A DNA stretch of 64,000 nucleotides from Eledone cirrhosa (lineage: Eukaryota), in contig OZ024741.1 of assembly GCA_964016885.1 (NCBI GenBank), forward strand, positions 169,384,001-169,448,000. Reading direction: 5' to 3'. How positions within the stretch are numbered: the first letter of the stretch is position 1; the number at the start of each line of letters is the position of its first letter. The notes under the pieces were generated by a model. That model worked only from the letters and a program-made list of their open reading frames with translations, did not search any database and was not told the origin of the DNA. The translations under genes and the position numbers were made by a program. Shown here piece by piece: positions 58,821 through 64,000 of the stretch.

Positions 58821-61800
58821 ATGACCTCACTCAGAATAGGCAGCATAAATGCGCGTGGCTTGGGGTCGTCATGGAAGCAGGGCCACCTGCTCAACGACCT
58901 CAGGTCACTAAACATAGATGTAGTGGCCATCAGCGAGACCAGAATCTCCGAAGCACAGGCTTTCGCACCGATCTTCGACGGCTACGATGTGTACGCATCT
59001 CCCAGCTTTCCGGGATCGGGGGGGGAGGAGTTGCTGTGCTTTTTCGGAGAGGTTTGGATCTTGCCATACGGGCCATCTTCCTGGACCCAGAAGGTAAGTT
59101 GGTGGTGCTGGACGTGACCAGCGGAGACGGGCAAGCTTTCAGGTTAGTGGCCGTCTATGCCCCGACAGGAGCAGGGCGGCCTGATTTCTTCCGGCGTCTG
59201 GAGACCTTTCTTGGAACGTCCCGCTCTTTAGTGTTAGTGGGCGACTGGAACGGGATCTTAGATGCACGCTGGGATTGTGTGAGATTAGTGGATAGGGAAG
59301 GAGGGTGCAAGAGTCTCACCAACCTGCTCAGACGTTTTGAACTGTCTGACAGGTACCGAATGGATTTCCCGAATGTACCAATGTGGACTTGGACAAATCG
59401 CATAGGGTCATCCAGATCATATCTAGATAGAGTATTTTGTAGGGAAATAGATAGGTCTAGCATAGGCTGTCCACAATTCAAGATAGTCAGCTACACGGAC
59501 CACAAATTCGTGATCTGTGTGCTTGACTTAGATAGGCTTCATAGACGAGGACCCGGCTACTGGAAGCTAAACAAGTCCTTACCAGCGCGCAAGGCCTACA
59601 GAGACCGGATTAGCGAACTAGTTAAGCGGGCGTTGACAGGGGCCATCGTCAACAACAAGTGGTGGTTTGCTCTGAAAAGAGCGATTAGAATAGAATCGAT
59701 TAGGTTTAGTAAGGCTTTAGCAATAGAGAAAAATAGAGCAGAGGGAGAACTAGTTAGAAAATTAGACGAGGCGCTTAGCAAAGGCATTGCGACCGACGTG
59801 CTTGCGGCGAAATTGGCCCTTGACCAATTCTTCAATGCAAAGCACGAAGGCTGCGTTGTCAGAGCAAGGGTGCATGCTCTCAGACACGAGGGGACGAAAG
59901 CCGTTCAATGGGCCCGAGTGGCGGAGGCGCGTCGTGGCAACAAAGCCACGATCCGGTCTTTGGTGGACCACGACGGGCGCATGCTACTCGATCCCGGGAA
60001 AATGTGTGAAGCTTTTCAGCGACACTTCGCTCAACTGTTCGGGGGCAGTGGCGGGCCGGAACGAGGGATGGACTTTAGTGTCTACCTCGACGGACTGCCG
60101 CGGCTTTCGGCCACTGAGGCGGAGTGTTGCGAAAAGCCGATAACAACCGCTGAAGTACGGGATGCAATGACTAGTTGCACAAGGGGTAAATCGCCTGGTT
60201 TGGATGGTCTGCCCTATGAACTTTACGTACAAATGCCAAACTTGTTCGGAGGCCTCTTGGCGGACGTCTACTGCAACTGGCAACAGAACGGGAGAATTCC
60301 CAGCTCTGTGAGCCAAGGAGCGGTGGCGCTGCTGAGAAAGGATCCGAACAAGGGGGATAACATAGATAATTTAGGCCCATAACTCTGCTAAACACAGAGT
60401 TCAAGATTTTGGCCAAGGTGCTAGCAAAGAGGTTGGCGCTTGTCGTTGGTGGTCTGGTGGGAGAGGCACAGACATGCGCCATTCCCGACAGATCCATCCA
60501 CGACAACCTCCACCTCATGCGATACATCGTAGAGAGGGTAGCTAGGGAACCTGGCACGGGTGGGTCTTTGATCAATTTAGATCAGTCGAAAGCCTTCGAT
60601 AGGGTCGACCATCGTTACCTAGCGGCAGTCCTGAGGGCGGCTGGCTTTGGGCCCGTCTTCAGAGGCTGGATCGCTGCCATGCACAGCGACATCTGCTCTG
60701 TAGTGAGGGTGAACGGTCACCTTTCGGAACCGTTCAACATCATGCGCTCGGTCCGCCAAGGATGTCCCCTCTCGTCCCTCTTGTACGTATTGACTCTCGA
60801 GCCATTACTGCACAAACTGGAGACGTTGAGGGGGGTCCCGCGCGAATTGGATGCGGAAGATCCGTGTCAACACATCGAGGCGATCGGCACTACACTAAGA
60901 GAATACGAAGTGGTGACAGGAGCAATGATCAACCAGGAAAAGTCAGTGGGCCTGCAGCTCGGCACCTGGAGAGGCAGGTCCATGCCGTCCAAAAGCGTCG
61001 TCGGGCGCTGGACGGACGGACCGGTTAAATTGCTAGGGGTCTGGTTCGGTCCAGACTTCCAGACGGACAAAAACTGGGACGAGGTGACGGGCAGGGTGGC
61101 TTCTCTCACCCAGAAATGGGCCGAGAGGAAGCTATCCCTGAAAGGTCGAGCGGAGGTGGCGAATGAGTACATCGCATCCGTCATCTACTACCGCCTGACC
61201 GTCGTACCTTGTCCTAAGCCCCGCCTGGCTGCGCTGGAGCGTTTGCTCTTTCGCTTCTTGTGGAAGGGAGGCGCTCCGATGGTCAGGCGGTCCATCTGCT
61301 GTCAACACCCGCTACGTGGAGGGCTGGGCATGCCGTGGCTGATGATGCGCAGACACGCGCTCAGGCTACGACATCTCCACCTCTTCCTCGACGGTGATCA
61401 GGTGTGGTCGCCGTTTGCTAGACACGTTTTTTCCCCAGCTCGTCTCCTTGACGGAGCTGCAGTCCTGGGTCAAGCGAAGACCGAGAGGGAGCGCTTGGAG
61501 ACTGGAATGTCTTCAGGCGCTCACAGCCCTCGACCAATTGGGCAATGTGATCGGTGGAAACTCCACCTTGGCGTTCTATAGGGGATTAGTGGAGGGGAAG
61601 AGCGACGACGTACTTGGAGAAACTCTAGGCGTCGACGAAAATCAACTAGCCAATCTCTTCGGAAGGACTTTCGGGCCGGGGCCTATGGACAACTTCCAGA
61701 AATCCCTGGCCTGGCAGTGCTACCGAGGAGCCTTGCCAGTTCGGGATAAACTCTACAGGCATGGAGGTGCCGTCAGCCGGGCATGTCCGAGATGCACGCA

Positions 61801-62200
61801 GGGCGACGAAACCGTCCTGCACGCACTCGTCCAGTGTCCGAGCTTTGCTGACTTGTGGGTTTATGTCGAACACCTGCTGTCACGTGTAGGACGGATCCAG
61901 CTATCAGCTGAGTCCATCGTGAGGATTGCCCCACCCCCTTCCTTTAGCCGGGAAGGGCAGGCAGTTTTTATCTGTCTGGTGGCCATGGCGAAAGAGATAG
62001 TATGGTGGACACGTTTGAAAGGGCTGAAGACGAGCACTTACCTCTTCGGTGATGCCCTGATTAACTTTTTCAAATTTCATTTGAAAAGGAAAATCAGGGT
62101 AGAGAGGGAAGTGCTCTCTTCCCAGCATTTTGTTGAAAGATGGGTGAGAGAAGCAAGTATGGCCCGAATGAATGGGCCTTCTCTGAGTATGTGTCTGTAA
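58821..62200 (+). pseudogene. ORF2 of LINE D, frameshifted, YADD deleted
   Basis: Shifts near 59020, 60372 and 61430; about 41 nt missing near 60869 relative to LINE C. Confidence 0.9.
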
Positions 62201-62933
62201 ATTAAAGGTGGAAAACTGGGAGAGGGCACTTGCCTTGGTGGTCAGGGCCACTGTGTTCTTTTAATGGGCTTTCTCCACAAATGTCCCTCGGAAGTCTCCC
62301 CCCTATTGGGGAATTTTTCTTTGTTATTTTATTTCATCCTCTGTTTTCTTTTACAGGCAGAAATGCCCATTTGTACCGTCCTGTATTGTTCTGTACTGTC
62401 CTTAATGTCTACTTTATGTAAACCCTTGTGGTTAATAAAGAAAACATTATTATTATTATTATTATTATTATCATTATTATTATAATAAAATTAACCGTGA
62501 GAGACACTAAAGACACACACACAAATCTCAATTTGCATTATTCATCGATCTGCTGGAAACAACGTTGATATTTGTCTCAACTAACAGCCTCTCTCCTGGA
62601 AGAAGGAAAAAACAGTGGTAAATACTTTTCTGCAAGTTTGTGATAGTAGTTAATGCTAAAAGCAAATGTTGAATTATTTCCCTTGACTAATACAAGATAG
62701 TAGATTTGAAGGCGTAAGTAAAGATAGTTTAGTTGTTAAATTGATAAAGTTTGTATAAAGAAGAATAACTTTGAAAGTAAAGAGTATTGAATAAGTGTAT
62801 AAATAAAATAATTTGCAAGTTGTATTGTTTTTTGTATTGTGGAATTAAATTTTCAGTAGTTGTTGATGGTATAAAGTCAGTAGATCTTTTGTAAGTATAA
62901 TGTTATATGAAGAAAGTGATTATTGTATCTAGC

Positions 62934-63096
62934 ATACTTACCTGGCACAGGGGTTAACCATGATCCGCTAGGTGGTTCTCCCAGAGTGAGGCTCTTCCAT
63001 TGCACTGCGGTTGGGTTGACCTTTGCGATCGCCCCAAATGTGGGCGACTCGGGTGCGCTATTTCTAAGTGTGGGGTCTGCGTTCGCGCTCACCCCG
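62934..63096 (+). ncRNA. U1: U1 snRNA copy 9
   Basis: 163 nt. Confidence 0.93.
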
Positions 63097-64000
63097 TAAA
63101 ATAATCAAAAAGACAGAATTTTTACTATTATTAAATTATAATTATCTTTCTCTATTCTTTCACACAATCCACTTTACTCATTCTCTCATACAACCTAACT
63201 TTTCAGATTTATTTCTTTTACAAACTCCCTCATACAACCTTTTCCTATTCATGCAATCCTCACCTAACTCTTCTCTGCACTCTCAACTCTTGCCCACGCC
63301 GGCATATCATACACTAACACACCATTTCACCGGCTCTTGCCTACCTTTTCCACCACACATGCATCGTCCCTTCTATTTTCAATTAACAACAACTACCTTC
63401 ATTCTATTTCAATTCAGCCGCAATCACTCTTACCTTTCACACTTCTCTTCCAACATACACCCAACCGTCTGTCGTATATCTGAGTAATTAACCTCATAGA
63501 AACAACACTTAAATTTACCTCCTCTCACACATAACCTACATTATATGGAGAAAGATATCTGCCATTTTCACTCTTAGTATATCTTTCATCATACCACTGG
63601 CCAGCTAAATCATAACTTCCATCTTCCGACGGAGAAGACGCTCCTATCAGAAGAAATCATCAGGCTAGATCCAGAAACGATCTTATCTTATTTGTCGTCT
63701 AGCCTTCGGTCTCACGCCAGTTGGATTTACCCGTATTATCTCTCTAGTCATTCTTTTCTTATACATTCTAAACACACCTTCCTACTACCAGAGCGGTGAT
63801 CTTCCGATTCAGAAAATTCGCTGCTCTACCTGTAGCCACTCCCTCATCTCCAAGCTACACATCCAATCGACCAAGCTTATTCCAAACGCTTGTAAATCTA
63901 CATTTACAAATCAATACAACAAACAATTTACTTCAGCGTACACACACAGACATATATTACTAGCAAATCACTTATATATGGAACTTGTGAGCATGTGATA

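Larger units (their letters stand above)
56584..62445 (+). mobile_element. Full-length, defective Tx1/L1-clade LINE D in (ATT)n
   Basis: (ATT)n on both sides; two-ORF layout. Confidence 0.93.
32671..64000 (+). repeat. Tandem U1 gene array; basic unit about 1.8 kb, about 2.7 kb with CR1, about 8.7 kb with CR1 plus LINE; runs off the window
   Basis: U1 starts at 32671, 34454, 36260, 38194, 40001, 42785, 51583, 54254 and 62934 with homologous spacers. Confidence 0.95.

Noticed and set aside
45086-62445. LINEs C and D as U1-gene-specific elements like snRNA-targeting Tx1 families
   Set aside because: They sit in (ATT)n of a CR1 tail, not in U1, and a relative lies outside the array at 7262.
42785-63096. 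An 11.4-kb segmental duplication of units 6-7 as 8-9
   Set aside because: The LINE 5' halves and the SINE junctions differ, which favours separate insertions.
1-64000. CRISPR array or prokaryotic system
   Set aside because: Eukaryotic repeat landscape with no repeat-spacer array and no operons.

Overview
AT-rich, microsatellite-dense animal DNA, most consistent with an octopus/cephalopod (inferred from SINE and repeat content, not tested). No host protein-coding gene is recognisable. 1-15.7 kb is decayed retroelements (RTE, R4/Dong-like, Tx1), tRNA-derived SINEs, MITEs, a Helitron end and inverted-repeat structures carrying hammerhead ribozyme motifs. 15.7-27.4 kb is a head-to-tail dimer of an intact Tx1/L1-clade LINE sitting in a (GATA)n microsatellite. 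27.4-32.4 kb holds hAT MITEs, a pogo-like remnant, CRE-like ends and SINEs. 32.6-64 kb is a tandem array of nine variant U1 snRNA genes. Four spacers carry a CR1 fragment, and two of those CR1 (ATT)n tails were invaded by Tx1 LINEs with near-identical ORF2 but very different ORF1. Best leads: (1) a 5' splice-site motif overlapping the ORF1 stop codon in three divergent LINEs, with an AG that would fuse ORF1 in frame to ORF2 through a 51-53 nt intron; (2) U1 variants with a changed U1-70K loop; (3) sister LINEs targeting different microsatellites; (4) covarying hammerhead ribozymes. Repeat boundaries were read by eye and may be off by a few bases.
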